64,000 nt of DNA from Schizochytrium sp. TIO01 (lineage: Eukaryota > Protista > Bigyra: Labyrinthulomycetes), in assembly GCA_004764695.1 (NCBI GenBank), contig SMSO01000014.1, positions 5,404,845 through 5,468,844 on the forward strand, read 5' to 3'. Both the position numbers and the translations under genes were made by a program. This document shows positions 44,019 to 55,540 of this stretch, one piece after another (the stretch's first letter is position 1; each line of letters starts with the position of its first letter). Under the pieces are notes generated by a model, which was not told the origin of the DNA, searched no databases, and worked only from the letters and a program-made list of their open reading frames with translations.

Positions 44019-44506
44019 GAGTCCCAACAATGCTGACTAAAAGCGATTATTGACACAACTGCTTCTCTAAATTCCCTCTCTTTTTATTATTTCATCAAAA
44101 TATTTTGTCTCTATCGTTTAACACCCAACAGTGTTAATTTAATGATATTATACCTTCATCAAAGCTTGCTTTAGAAGATGGTAGCTAGCATATTAGTAGT
44201 CTATCGATCAATTCCTATTTCGCTGGTTTTCCTGTGTATGTCTAACTACAAACAGACAAATTAGGACATGTATTAAGAATACGGCTATGGCAGAAAGTTC
44301 AACTTTTATCTGAGACTGTGTAGATTAGAGGATCCACTGCTTGTAACACAAGAGAAGAATCATCAAATGGCAATTTATAATTTTGTGGATTAGATTGGAA
44401 AGCAGAGCAATGCTCGTAAGAACCATACAAATAGTGAGTTTGTAAGGGACGTCGATGTATTATTATTAAGTCTGACAGCGAGTAGTATGAATAAATGTTT
44501 GCGGAA

Positions 44507-47500
44507 TTACTGATTGACCGCAATATTCTGATTAGCGCGAGCGCGTTTCTTACCCTTTTCGGCCTTTTCTGCAAGCTTGCTGGCGGCGGCCCGCTCCTCA
44601 TTCTTGAGGCGTTTGATATGATCTTTGTTGGAGGTCCGTGCAACCGTCGAAACACCCTCAACAAACTTTGTGCGGAAGATAACATTGGCATTGTTGAACA
44701 TACCCTCCTTGAGCGAAACAACGATGAACTGAGACTGCGCAAAGTGAGTACGCAACATCTGGCCAATGTTCTGGGTGTGAGAGAGATCCAAGGCGGCATC
44801 GACCTCATCGAGAATGTACATTGGTGCTGGTTTGAAGAGGAGGAGTGCAAGAATAAGGGAGAGAGCAAGAAGTGAGCGCTGGCCACCACTGAGCTCAGAA
44901 AGGGATTTCTTCCATGTCTGGCCAAATGCCACACGGACCTCGAGACCGTCACGAATCGTGCCACCTTCTGGGGGCTCGAGCTTGGCCTGGGTACCTGGAA
45001 GCAGAGTAGAAAAGATGGAGCCAAAGTCAGCATTGACCTTTTCCCAAGAACTGCGAAGTGCTTGCTCTGCCTTGGTATCCAAATCCTTAATCACACGTTC
45101 AATAGTCTTGCGATCTTTCTCAATGATGGAGCGTTTGCGGTTAAGGTCTTCGTACTCTTGTTCGGCCTTGTCGATCATACCCATAACCTTCTTGTTAACG
45201 TTACGTGAGATCTTTGATTGTGCAGCCTCGAGCTCGTTCAAGCGCTTCTTCGCCTGGTCAGGGTTCTTCGCGCTAAAGTCGTAGTCAGTGTGCGGCTTGC
45301 CAAAAAACTGTTCTTCAGACTTGATCCATGGATGCTGCTCCTTGAGGGCCTGAGCCTTCTTGGCAGCATCGCTGCTGCCATGGTGGATGTTCTTGAGCTC
45401 CATGTTAAGCTCCTTGAGTTTGAGTTCAATCTCGTGTACCTGAGTTTTAAGCTTTTTCTGCGCACTCTGGATCTCTCCAAGTTCCGCATGGCACGCCTCA
45501 AGCTCACCTCTGCACTCTTCAGCTGAGGTTGCAGCTGTGCTGTGTGCCATACGGTGCTGCTGCACCTCCTCTTCTAAAGTCTCTAGCTCTTCCTGTGCAG
45601 TACTGTTCTGAGTTTGAGATGCTTGAAGGTTTTCCTCAGTAGAGGCCTCCTCTTGGTCCAGTTCCTCAAGGGCAAGTTCCGCACTATCAGCGCGGTCTTG
45701 TACCTCCTTATAACGGGCCTCTGCTTCTGCAAACAAGTTTTTGGCACCTTGGAGAGACTCCTGAGCTTTTGCTACAAGGTTGTTTCTTGCAGCCTCCATA
45801 TCCTTCATTTCATCTTCCATGGCTGCAGCATCTGCTAAAGCCTTTTCGCGGCGTTGTTCAGCCATCGTGATACCTTCCGTAAGCTCTCCGATGCTCTTCT
45901 CAAGTTGTTCCTCCTTTTGCATCAGCTGTGCGAACGGTGTGGATCCGATGCGTTCTTTCACGAGCCCTAGTTCATGTTTTGCGAGGTCAAGTTTCTCCGA
46001 GACCTTGCTGTACATTTTTGCTGCTTGGTCCCATCCCGCAAGTTTCTTCTTTCCCTCACTGATCGATTGCGAAAGTTCATCAACCTTCATCCTCAATTCT
46101 CTCAGTTTCGAGAGTTGCAAGAGCACAGACCCTCTGTTTGATCGAGAACCACCTGAGAGAGTTCCCTGGGGGTCGAAGGCGTCACCGTCGAGAGTGACAC
46201 TCTTGACCATAACCTTCTTATTGAAAGTAACAGTTCGAGCAGTCGCAAGGCTGTCACAAACGAGAGTTGTACCAAAAACATACTCCATAGCACGTGCAAC
46301 TTCATCTTCATAGCCTACAAGGGATAGTGCAGACACCGCTGTACCGTTGCAATCGGCTGCGATCTGAGAGGCCGCTTTAATCTTGGCATCCGGGAGAACG
46401 CGGCTGTTCACCTTGTCAAGAGGGATGATCGTCACACGGTGCTTGAGCTTTCCCTTGTCCAAGAGAGCCTTACCAGTACTCACCGCATCCACCACTACCT
46501 GGTACAGCTTACCTCCAGCAACAACCTCGAGAGCCGAGGCATTCTTGGTTTCAAGCACATCTACCAGGCTGGCCACAGTGCCCTTGACTTTCGAGCGATC
46601 GAAGTTCGGGCTCGGGTCACTATAGGCAAAGTCAATTGCTGCCAATTGTGCTGCGAGTTGCTCTGCATTGTCCTTCGCGTCCACGAGCTCAGAGGTCATT
46701 TCATCAAGCCGCTCCTCGAGCTCCGCCGCTGCTTCAGGATTGTAATCAATCTCGGAGACCTGAGCTTCGAGGGATGTTACGGCTTCTGTGTACTTTTCGA
46801 GTTCTTTCTCCGCCTTGGAGTTGGACGACTTTGCCTTTTTAACCTGAGCGGACACGGTCTTGAGCTCCTTCTCGGCGTGTTTGAGCTTCATCTGCTGCCG
46901 AGTGACATCTGTGGCCGCTTCTTCGGCAGCGTTGCGGAGTCCAACAAGCTTTTCAGCCATAGTAAGCTGCTGCGCATCTCCTTCACCATCCTCCCCAGTG
47001 CTGTTTGCGAGACCTGCGTTAGCTGCTTGCAGTGCGACTTGAGCATTGCTGAGTGCCTTCTTCGCAGCAGAGTACTTGACATCTTCAGCTTGAAGCGCCT
47101 CTTTGGCCTGCGCAACACGATCTTCGGCAGCCTTGCGCTGCTCTCCGAATGATGCCCGCTGCTCTACCAACGCTTGCTGTTTGGCTTTGAGTTTGTCAAA
47201 AGATGACTTGAGGTTGTCGAGCTTTGAAGTGCTCTTTGCGAGGACCTTGGCCGTTTTGTCTTCACGTTCGCCGAGCTCTTTGGCACGTTTCTGAAGCTTT
47301 TGAATGTGCTCACTGCTCAGCTGCTCAGCGTTTTCGACCATTGACGCAAGGCTTCCTTTGGCAGTTTCCTGTTGGGCGGTGAGAGCCTCGATTTGCTCGG
47401 TCTTCTCAGTCTTCTTTGCGTCGGTGTCGAGGACGAGCTTGTACAATTTGTGGTAACGATGGGCAGTGCAGAAGCGCTGGAGACGCTCCATCTCTGTGTT

Positions 47501-48169
47501 CTGGCTGGACCATTTCAGATAGGCTTGCTTCTCAGCGCGGAGCTTATCAAGTTTTGGTGTAATTTCCTCAGCAAGGAGGTTTTCGATTTCGTCAACCTTG
47601 CTCTGCTTCTGTTCCATCTTGCGTTGTGCGTCCGCCTTTTTTGACTCATACATGCGAGTTCCGACAGCTTCCTCAATCATACCAAGAATCTCAGGCGGTT
47701 TCATGTTAAGAACCTTGGTGATACGACCCTGCATAATGAGAAAGTGCGGGTTGTTGACATTGAGTTGTACAGAGTGGAAAAGGTTTTGGACCTCTTTGGC
47801 CTGGACGCTGCGTCCATTGATGAGGTACTTGTTGCGACCTCCGATGACGATCTGACGGGTTACAGTGATCTCCTCGTCGTTTTCATACCCGACAGGAGCC
47901 CGCTCGCGATCAGAGTTGTCAAAGACGATGGAAACGCTGGCCTTGGTAACACCTGATTGACCCTGCTTGTAGACAAGACCTTGGAGGTTGGCCACGCGGA
48001 CATGGCTGAGCTGTGTAATGCCGAGCACGAAGCAAATGGCATCGAGAATATTGGATTTACCACTGCCATTTAGGCCTGTGATGGCGTTAAATTGAGGGTC
48101 AAAGTCCGGCACGACGGTACGGTTGGCGTACGACTTGAAGCCGTCGATGATAATCTGCTTGATGAACAT
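44507..48169 (-). CDS. SMC2: Structural maintenance of chromosomes protein 2 (condensin)
   Basis: IIIDGFKSYA, FNAITGLNGSGKSNILDAICFVLG, VQLNVNNPHFLIMQGRITKVLNMKP, hinge GTLSGGS, LSELSGGQRSL and KPAPMYILDEVDAALDLSHTQNIG. Confidence 0.98.
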   Translation of the reverse strand: MFIKQIIIDGFKSYANRTVVPDFDPQFNAITGLNGSGKSNILDAICFVLGITQLSHVRVANLQGLVYKQGQSGVTKASVSIVFDNSDRERAPVGYENDEEITVTRQIVIGGRNKYLINGRSVQAKEVQNLFHSVQLNVNNPHFLIMQGRITKVLNMKPPEILGMIEEAVGTRMYESKKADAQRKMEQKQSKVDEIENLLAEEITPKLDKLRAEKQAYLKWSSQNTEMERLQRFCTAHRYHKLYKLVLDTDAKKTEKTEQIEALTAQQETAKGSLASMVENAEQLSSEHIQKLQKRAKELGEREDKTAKVLAKSTSKLDNLKSSFDKLKAKQQALVEQRASFGEQRKAAEDRVAQAKEALQAEDVKYSAAKKALSNAQVALQAANAGLANSTGEDGEGDAQQLTMAEKLVGLRNAAEEAATDVTRQQMKLKHAEKELKTVSAQVKKAKSSNSKAEKELEKYTEAVTSLEAQVSEIDYNPEAAAELEERLDEMTSELVDAKDNAEQLAAQLAAIDFAYSDPSPNFDRSKVKGTVASLVDVLETKNASALEVVAGGKLYQVVVDAVSTGKALLDKGKLKHRVTIIPLDKVNSRVLPDAKIKAASQIAADCNGTAVSALSLVGYEDEVARAMEYVFGTTLVCDSLATARTVTFNKKVMVKSVTLDGDAFDPQGTLSGGSRSNRGSVLLQLSKLRELRMKVDELSQSISEGKKKLAGWDQAAKMYSKVSEKLDLAKHELGLVKERIGSTPFAQLMQKEEQLEKSIGELTEGITMAEQRREKALADAAAMEDEMKDMEAARNNLVAKAQESLQGAKNLFAEAEARYKEVQDRADSAELALEELDQEEASTEENLQASQTQNSTAQEELETLEEEVQQHRMAHSTAATSAEECRGELEACHAELGEIQSAQKKLKTQVHEIELKLKELNMELKNIHHGSSDAAKKAQALKEQHPWIKSEEQFFGKPHTDYDFSAKNPDQAKKRLNELEAAQSKISRNVNKKVMGMIDKAEQEYEDLNRKRSIIEKDRKTIERVIKDLDTKAEQALRSSWEKVNADFGSIFSTLLPGTQAKLEPPEGGTIRDGLEVRVAFGQTWKKSLSELSGGQRSLLALSLILALLLFKPAPMYILDEVDAALDLSHTQNIGQMLRTHFAQSQFIVVSLKEGMFNNANVIFRTKFVEGVSTVARTSNKDHIKRLKNEERAAASKLAEKAEKGKKRARANQNIAVNQ

Positions 48170-48794
48170 GGCGGCTTTGTGGTGATACTTGCTCTTCCCG
48201 CAGAGTCTTTATCTATTGCACGCAAGCCTGTCTCAATGGGTCTTCAGACCCAAAGCGCAAAGGCAAAACTGTTTTGCTTTTGCTTCGTTACACCTTTTCA
48301 CCAAAGGATCGCGGCGGTTTGCAGAATTGGGTCTTGCCAAGCAAAGCACAGTACAACAAACGTTTCCACAGTCGCGGCACAACGCCAGCGACAACTGTTA
48401 CGCCTCAAGAGGCGCAGACAAGCCTACGACAAGAGTCGGTGATCGGATGCCGTTGCGCAGCTTGCGCAGACGGTTTCCTTTATGGAGTTGCAGATCTGTT
48501 GATGCTTTCGATGCATGGAATCTCTCTCAAAAGAATTGCACGTGGCGGTTGCACTGTATTCCCACTGGGCACGGTACCTCTGCTTATCCATTATCGGAAT
48601 TTCCAAAAACTTGTTCAATTACACCCCCCTCACATGTTATAAGGCCGAGGAGCACCTTAATTTATCCGATTCCCCGACGCGGTTGAAATGTCAGAAAATA
48701 AAATGAGATGAGGGATTCCTTCAAGATCAAAACCAGAATATTAAGCGGATCTGCGCGGGCTTTGGCAAAGCCTGTAGCCTAGCGCCACGAGCAA

Positions 48795-49578
48795 ATGCCC
48801 TCAATGGAGGATAATGCAGCAAAACCGGCGAGCTCTTTTGGCGAAGGGACTGCTAGTGATAAGCATCAAGGCCCCGATGATGGCGCAAAGGAGCAGCTGC
48901 AGGAGACCACCAAGAGCGGTGCGGAAGAGCAGAACACAGAGGATGCAAACAAAATTGCAGATGCTGAGCTTGAGCAGGAGTTCGTAGCAGTAAGTCTTGA
49001 TTAATTTAAATTAATGAAATTCCTTTCATTAGGAACAGATGTGTAATATGTGTTCATAGGAATCTACTTGTCAGGCTCGACTCCTTGCAAACATTACACA
49101 ACACCGCTCCAAAATGTTTGTTTAGGTTTACTTATATCGTGACCTGGGTAGTGAAGCACTTTGTTTAGAAGAGCTCTGCTGATAGAACTCGTTCATGAGA
49201 TTGAAAAGACTTGGGGACTAACAATCTAACTATGATGCATTGTACATTTCGATTCGTCATGACTCCTGTCTCAATGTAACGCGATTGGTTGTTGCTGCAC
49301 AGGGCATGGTGACACGATTTCTCCCTATGGTGGAAGCTTGTGATAAGCAGGCATACGCAGTGGCTGCTAGCCAAAATGCTTTATTGAGCCGGATACAGGA
49401 GGTCGAGCGCCTTCTGCATGCATTTGCTGAAGCCGATTCCTCTATTGCGCCAAGCTTGGAGGAGCGCACAGAGAAACTCAAGGATACCCGTGCGCGTCTT
49501 GGTCGCTTGAATGAACGCCTTCGCCTCGTTCAACGCCGCCTTTTGTCAGTTACTACACAACTGCAGGCGAAGTCATGA
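48795..49578 (+). CDS. SNAPIN: Snapin (BLOC-1/BORC subunit); exons 48795-48989 and 49303-49578
   Basis: GTAAGT donor at 48990 and CAG acceptor ending at 49302 give a phase-0 join: EFVAGMVTRFLPMVEACDKQAYAVAASQNALLSRI...EKLKDTRARLGRLNERLRLVQRRL. This fits the Snapin two-helix pattern. Confidence 0.75.
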
Positions 49579-51410
49579 AGATAATCAGAGTGCCTATGGA
49601 TTAATCCAAGACTTCGCCTACTCTTTTTGTTCGTTGTATTATAAATTTAAATCTTTACCGCATCTTCATTTTGTTGTCCCGAAGTTTTGGTAATGTAAGG
49701 GGTTTCTACTTCCACAAGATTGGTTATTTTATCAAAGATCGTTTTCCTTTGTCAAAAGCAAGATTGCTGTATATGGCGGTACAGCTAATTATATTACGAG
49801 GGTATCAAGCTATTCAAAACAACAAGGGCTAAAATATACAATTGCGTCAGCGAACTAAATAATGAATAATACAGGTGGTGGTGTCTATAAATCTTTGAGG
49901 ATATCAGATAATTCATTTAGGATAAGTTCTTTGCATTGTCATGCGTTTCTCGGCTTCTAATGGCACTGATTTAGCCTTTTATATTTGCTAGTTTCACTAT
50001 TCAAGAGACTTACACACATCTTCTAGACCATATTTTCTTTTCCGATGCAGCTAAGCTCCTGATAGACAACTTGGAGCAGCTACATTGCATCCCTCGCCTA
50101 TGCCTATTGCGGCTGAGTTGCAAGGGCTCGGAATCAAATATGAAGAGTTGGTGTTCTCTCATGCATTTTGCTCGATGCAATGTCCTGGCTTCGAGCCCTC
50201 AAGATAATTCTGAAACTTTCGAAAGAGCGTTCAGCGCACGCGAATTTGCTCTGTTCACTGATTTAACAGCATTTCGATAAAGGGTTAATTGCGATCTTCA
50301 AGAATCTGTCAAATTTCCCCCCTTGAATTGTATATTGCCCGGAGAGCATAATTAAGAGAGAAAGTTCTGTTTGTAACTTATCCCAAAGGATTATGAGGAA
50401 ATCGAGATTGACACTGTGTTAAAATCCCCTAACATGCTTTCATGTATTAAGTATCTGGCACCCCCTACTTGGAATTAAGCCCATGAAACCCTGGGCCTCC
50501 AAGAACTAGGATCTCAAGAAGTGAAACCTGAAAAGGACACTACCTTTCAGATAGAATTAATTTTCGCAGGTTCAACTCGAAGTCCTACAGTTGTTTTCTT
50601 AGCACAACGCGAAGTGGATCCAACTTGGGTATAATAAAATAACACCAACTACGTGAGAGAAAATAATACTATTTCAAGAGGATCCAACGCGACCTAACTC
50701 TAGCTGTATGCCCTGAGATACCACAAATTTGGATTATTCTAGCTCATGTATAGGCGGCGCCGCTCCAGTTCCCTCAATTTAATTGATTTATCGAATTTCG
50801 TTTTTCTCTTGGCAATTTTTAACTTTTCAGTCAAAAAAGAAAAGGGAAGACTGAGTACCATGTAACACTTTTTTTTTAAAGAAAAAGAAAAAGACTAAGT
50901 AAGCAGTGAAGCGAAAAAGGACAGTAGGGTCAAAAAACGTAAAAGTTCGATAACTTATATTTCGATGTGATTGTTTCATATTAACCATATATTATGTTTA
51001 GTTAGATTATTAATAAGAAGTAGAGGTTAGATAAGAAAATGGGGAGGCCGAGGAACCGACAAGCTCCAAACACTGCAAGTGGAGCAAACCTCGAATACAA
51101 ACCAGCAAAGTTCTTTCACCATCTCATTGGAAACACGCTAGTCGCTTACTTGATGCTTCAGGTGCTGACGCGTGATTTGCGGGGGAGTATTGAAGTAATA
51201 TACAGCTACTGTCTAACCTTACCTAACCTAACCTAACCAAGCCCTCATGTCCGACACATCCTGTGTATCGGACTGACATCATACATTCATTCCTGCCTGT
51301 ATCCAGACCTGAAACCCCAATAACTCATATATCATCCTCTTTCTCTTTCTCCTGAGTTCGTCATCCTTGTCAGACTACCTCTCCACGCTTCACAGCTCAG
51401 GCTACTCTGC

Positions 51411-51950
51411 AATAGGAAGTTTGGGGTCTCAGCAAGCGCCCTTCGGGGCTGGGCCGACGGCGGACGCGTGCGCTTCGCGCGCTTCCCCGGAGGCAAGCGC
51501 ATCTATGCCAGCGACGATGTTGAGCGCATCTTTGATTGCGGTTCCACCGGCCGCGAGCAACGCAGCTCTGGATGTACCGTTATCTACGCCAGAGTGTCCT
51601 CGGTCAAGCAAAAGGAGGACCTCGAACGCCAGGTTGGCGATCTCCAGCGCGCCTACCCAGATGCTTCCGCCGTCTACAAAGACATCGGTAGCGGGGTCAA
51701 TTTCAAACGCCAAGGTCTGTGCTCCCTACTGGACGCCTGTGACCGCGGCGGAATCGGCCAAGTTGTGGTCATGCACCGCGACCGACTTGCGCGAATCGCA
51801 GTCGACCTCTTGGAACACCTTTTCGAAAGATAAAATGTCAAACTCGTGGTACACGGCCAAGATGCACATGCCGGAGACTCAGACACCTTCACCAAAGACC
51901 TCCTCGGAATCATCACCGTCTTTGTGGCATCGCATCACGTAGTCGAATGA
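51411..51950 (+). pseudogene. tnpA: IS607 TnpA serine recombinase with in-frame TAA at 51831 and a damaged start
   Basis: MerR-like HTH KFGVSASALRGWADGGRVRFARFPGGKRIY, catalytic IYARVSS..QKEDLERQ, DIGSGVNFKRQGL and VVVMHRDRLAR. Homology continues past the stop (NVKLVV...DLLGIITVF). Confidence 0.9.
51505..51942 (+). pseudogene. N-terminal fragment of Fanzor2/TnpB, overprinted on tnpA in another frame
   Basis: Stop-free alternative frame (51367-51942) with PYWT...SAKLW...TDL...SNSWY, the pattern I recall for the N-terminal domain of IS607-associated Fanzor2 proteins. Confidence 0.6.
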
Positions 51951-54717
51951 AGATTCGATAAAATCATGATATCAAACACAAGCTAATCCGAAGAGAGGTA
52001 CTGCAATAATATATGTAATTACATATATTTAAACCAATGTGAACAAGAGATAATTTACTTTGCCACTGTTTTAATGTTGAATGGGTTTGCGGCTACATGT
52101 ACTGAAGAGACTATTGCATGCATAGTTAGTTTTAAAGCTGATATTGCAAATAACAATGGGTGAGCATCCATACGCATCTTGAAACGCCATGATCCCAGGT
52201 TTAGTTTTTCAAAAGATAATCCCAAACTGTTAGTTATGGAGGCATGTGTATTTGCTACTAGCTGAGACCAATTGCGATAAACTCATATCGTCAATGCATA
52301 AACATGACAGTCCATTTCTCCTGACCTCGATTGAATGGCAGCAAAAACTAAAAATATGCAAGATTGCAATCACTTATCTGAAAACGATTCTGACTGCGTT
52401 GCAGATACGTAAATTCTCTTCATAATTTCAATTACAACTCATTATGGCTATCCTCTACTTAACATGTAGCGATCGTACATCTAAATGAAGAAAAACTGAC
52501 CATCTATTGAATCTCATTTTTATGAAGATCGACAAAATTATTCAGCTCAGTTTTTAACTTTCTATAGTTGTAAGAGAGCTGCACATCTCTTGCAACCAGC
52601 GCCAAATAAGCAAGCTTTTCTCTTTTCAGAAAGGGAATATCTTACCGGCTGTGACAAGTTTTGACCAACCTCGAGAAAGTGAAACTCATAAAATGGAGTG
52701 GGTTTTTCTCTTTTCTCTTCAAAGAGAAGAGATAGACGCAAAAAGAAAATTAGGCGTTTCTCATCATTTCCTGATTCACCCGCTTCCACTAACTAACATT
52801 ATCTTTTGCATCAAGAATACTATCCCAGAGGCATAGCAACGCTTGCGAGAGCCATGAACTCAACGGCAAAGAAGGAGTAGGCCTCAGAGCTTGTCTCCAA
52901 GTTGCTACATTAATTAGCACAGCACAGAATTATGAGTTTCGCTTCTACTTGAAGTTACTACGCTTTCAATTTTAAGTTCTTGAAGTGTGACTTCAATTTA
53001 TTCATCAAAATCAAACCCAGCGCGAGTGCATGATAGGGAGGCCCTAGCACGTATCAAGGCCAAGCGCAGGAATCTATCCGGCCCAGCGCCCTTCGCAAAG
53101 CACTGAGTAGCAACATCGTTCTGATCCCATGGACTCTTGCCTAAATTGTGCATTGCATCAATCAAACTATTAAGCTTTTCCTTAGGTATTTTTTACCATA
53201 ACCGATGTGAGTACTAACTCGATCATACCTACCATATAAGAACTCATCCTTTTTCATAAAAATTGCACTTGTTACTGTTCAATTTGTTGCTCGCAAGACC
53301 ACAAACGGAAAAAGCTCATACAATTCCGTATATACAACCAGACATTAGTATCAAATTGGTACTGACACGTTCCGTTCGTGTTTACTATAAAAAGGAACTC
53401 TTACTTGGGAGGCGCTCACTCAGGCTCACTTCGACCGCTTGCTCTACCTAGCTAGCACTCTTGGGAGCCGCACGCTGCGTCGCCGGCGCAGGAAGCTCTG
53501 GGCGTCGCGTGCAGTGCAGAGCAGAGGGCTGGCCAGAAGGGACCGGAGCGTGGCCAGGACATCAGTTGCAGCTTTCGCACTGAGCAGTCAGAGCTTGCAG
53601 AAGATCCCCTTCACATCGATGAGTTCGCTTCATGAAAAAGCCAAACTAAGAATCGCCAGATTGAATAAAATATGCAGCAGAAATAAAATACGCGGCTACT
53701 GTATATCAATAGGTAACGATAGTGTCCGAAATGGAACTGTCGGATATGCCTAATGGGGTACCTACGTCTAACTATAGGGTGAAAATTCATTCCCACACGC
53801 TGTCCTTAAAGAAAGCACGTATAATAGTGCGGAAATAGAAGAAAAAGGGGTGTTATTGGAATGCAAGAATTTACAATTTTGCTATTTCGTCGATCTCTGT
53901 GAGCAATGAAGCTCGCTTCCGCTGGGTACTTCGAGCTCAGGCCCGCCACTGCAGAGCGAGAAGAGGCACCGGCGACACTGGAGGGTCTCCGGCGCGGCCT
54001 GCGGAGAGGCCCAGGTCCAATCGATATCGGGTTGGCGAAGAGAATAGTAGTCGAAAGTGAGAAGAGATTCATTCAATAGTAGATAGGCCTACCTACCTAC
54101 GTACCTACTGCTCTTCACTTCATTGCTGTTATGAGTATGATGTGTATTCTTCAGTAATAGAGGTTACATATCCGATACCATAGCAGTGCCCAATTGCCAG
54201 ATCTGGAACGAGAGAAGAAAAAGATCAATTGGAAATCAAAGTTTTTCTTCCTCGAGCTATTCTTCTTTTCTTTCTTCTTCTTTCATTTCGTTTCTAAGTT
54301 AATTGTTTTCTTTTTTTGAACTTGTCATCAAGGCACATAATGCTTGGCTAGTACTGTTAGCCACTGCAAAGGTGATTGAAGATCGTCGAAGAACTGAAAA
54401 GGATTCAAAACTTCAATTTTTATTTGTTTGTTCCTGATTCTCATGATATGCGAAAGAAGCAGAAGAAGGTGCAGGAAACTCTCTCTTTCCTGAGCAAACA
54501 AAAGCAACGAAAGCAAACGAAGGAAGCCGCGACTCGTGTTCATCGCTGAGACGAAGCCCCTCCTCGCAGCGGCTGGCTGCCCTCTCCTCCTCGTCAGCAT
54601 CTCTGGCTTCGCGCTGTCTCTCTGCGGCGCCTCTCCCGAAAGTTTGGAAACCTGCAATATCATCATCGTGTTCAAGTTCTGTTGAAATAGAAACGACTCT
54701 GAGCGCATGAATGATAT

Positions 54718-54822
54718 TTGGATTCGAATTCGAATTTAAATTTGGATTTGGATTTGAAATTTGAATTTGAATTTGAATTTGAATTTGAATTTGAATTCTT
54801 GAATATTTGAATACTTGAATAT
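54718..54822. repeat. (TTTGAA)n-type hexamer microsatellite upstream of the Yak1 gene
   Basis: Direct reading. Confidence 0.85.
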
Positions 54823-55540
54823 TGATGAACAAAGGAAGAAAAAGCCAAAAGGAGAAGAAGGAGAAGAAGTTTCGAATCCGAATCAAAGTTGGACTTGAGC
54901 TTGCTGTCGTTCTCTCTCGTAAACAGAACGCGACACTATAACCGCATTACCGCTGCGGCTCCTCCCAGAACGGTTTTTGCGGCTGACCATACAGTGCGCT
55001 GGTCTCGTGCTGCTCCTTGGGAATGCTTCAAGGAGAAAGAATTCGCTGCTCAGAAGGAGATACGAGTTTTACCAGAGAACCGGCCTAGATACCAATCTCG
55101 GGAACGCGGGGAATCCAGGAGGCTCCAGTTCACGTCCCGCAGAGCCCGAACAGGCGAGGGAAGGCAAGGCGAGCACGGGCCCGGCGCGAGAAAGCGCTGC
55201 AGTGCGGCTCAGCGAGGAGAGCCGGCGGGATACTAGAGCCTTGAGGGAACCCCTCTGGGCAGGCCCTTACACTGCTCCGGCCGGATCGCCGCTTCACGCG
55301 ATCTAGCCTTGATTTCGTGATATTGTCTAAATTATATTTTCGCCTGATTTTTGAACAAAGCAGATCAAGGTTTGCCAACGCGGACTCAAAGCCCACTCCG
55401 CTCCGCAGACAGACTTCGCTGCGAAGGCACAGGTGAAGAGGAAGAAGTGGGAAACAAGTTCCCTTGGCAGGGCCGAACGCGGTTTAGGCGACGTGGAGGT
55501 TCTCCAGCAAAGGAAAGGTATTTTGGAAAAACCCCACTTG

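Larger units (their letters stand above)
51367..51950 (+). mobile_element. Truncated IS607-family element (serine recombinase TnpA with overlapping Fanzor2/TnpB N-terminus)
   Basis: See the two component features. Homology stops abruptly near 51938 and no RuvC-coding region follows. Confidence 0.85.

Noticed and set aside
44299-48069. Numerous ORFs antisense or out of frame to SMC2 (likewise within PDK1, Yak1 and HADH)
   Set aside because: Shadow ORFs produced by codon bias of the real genes.
51951-54300. Search for the Fanzor RuvC/zinc-finger remainder or an omegaRNA
   Set aside because: No D-P-G, E or CxxC...DRD motifs were found in the listed ORFs or by eye; the sequence is AT-rich and non-coding.
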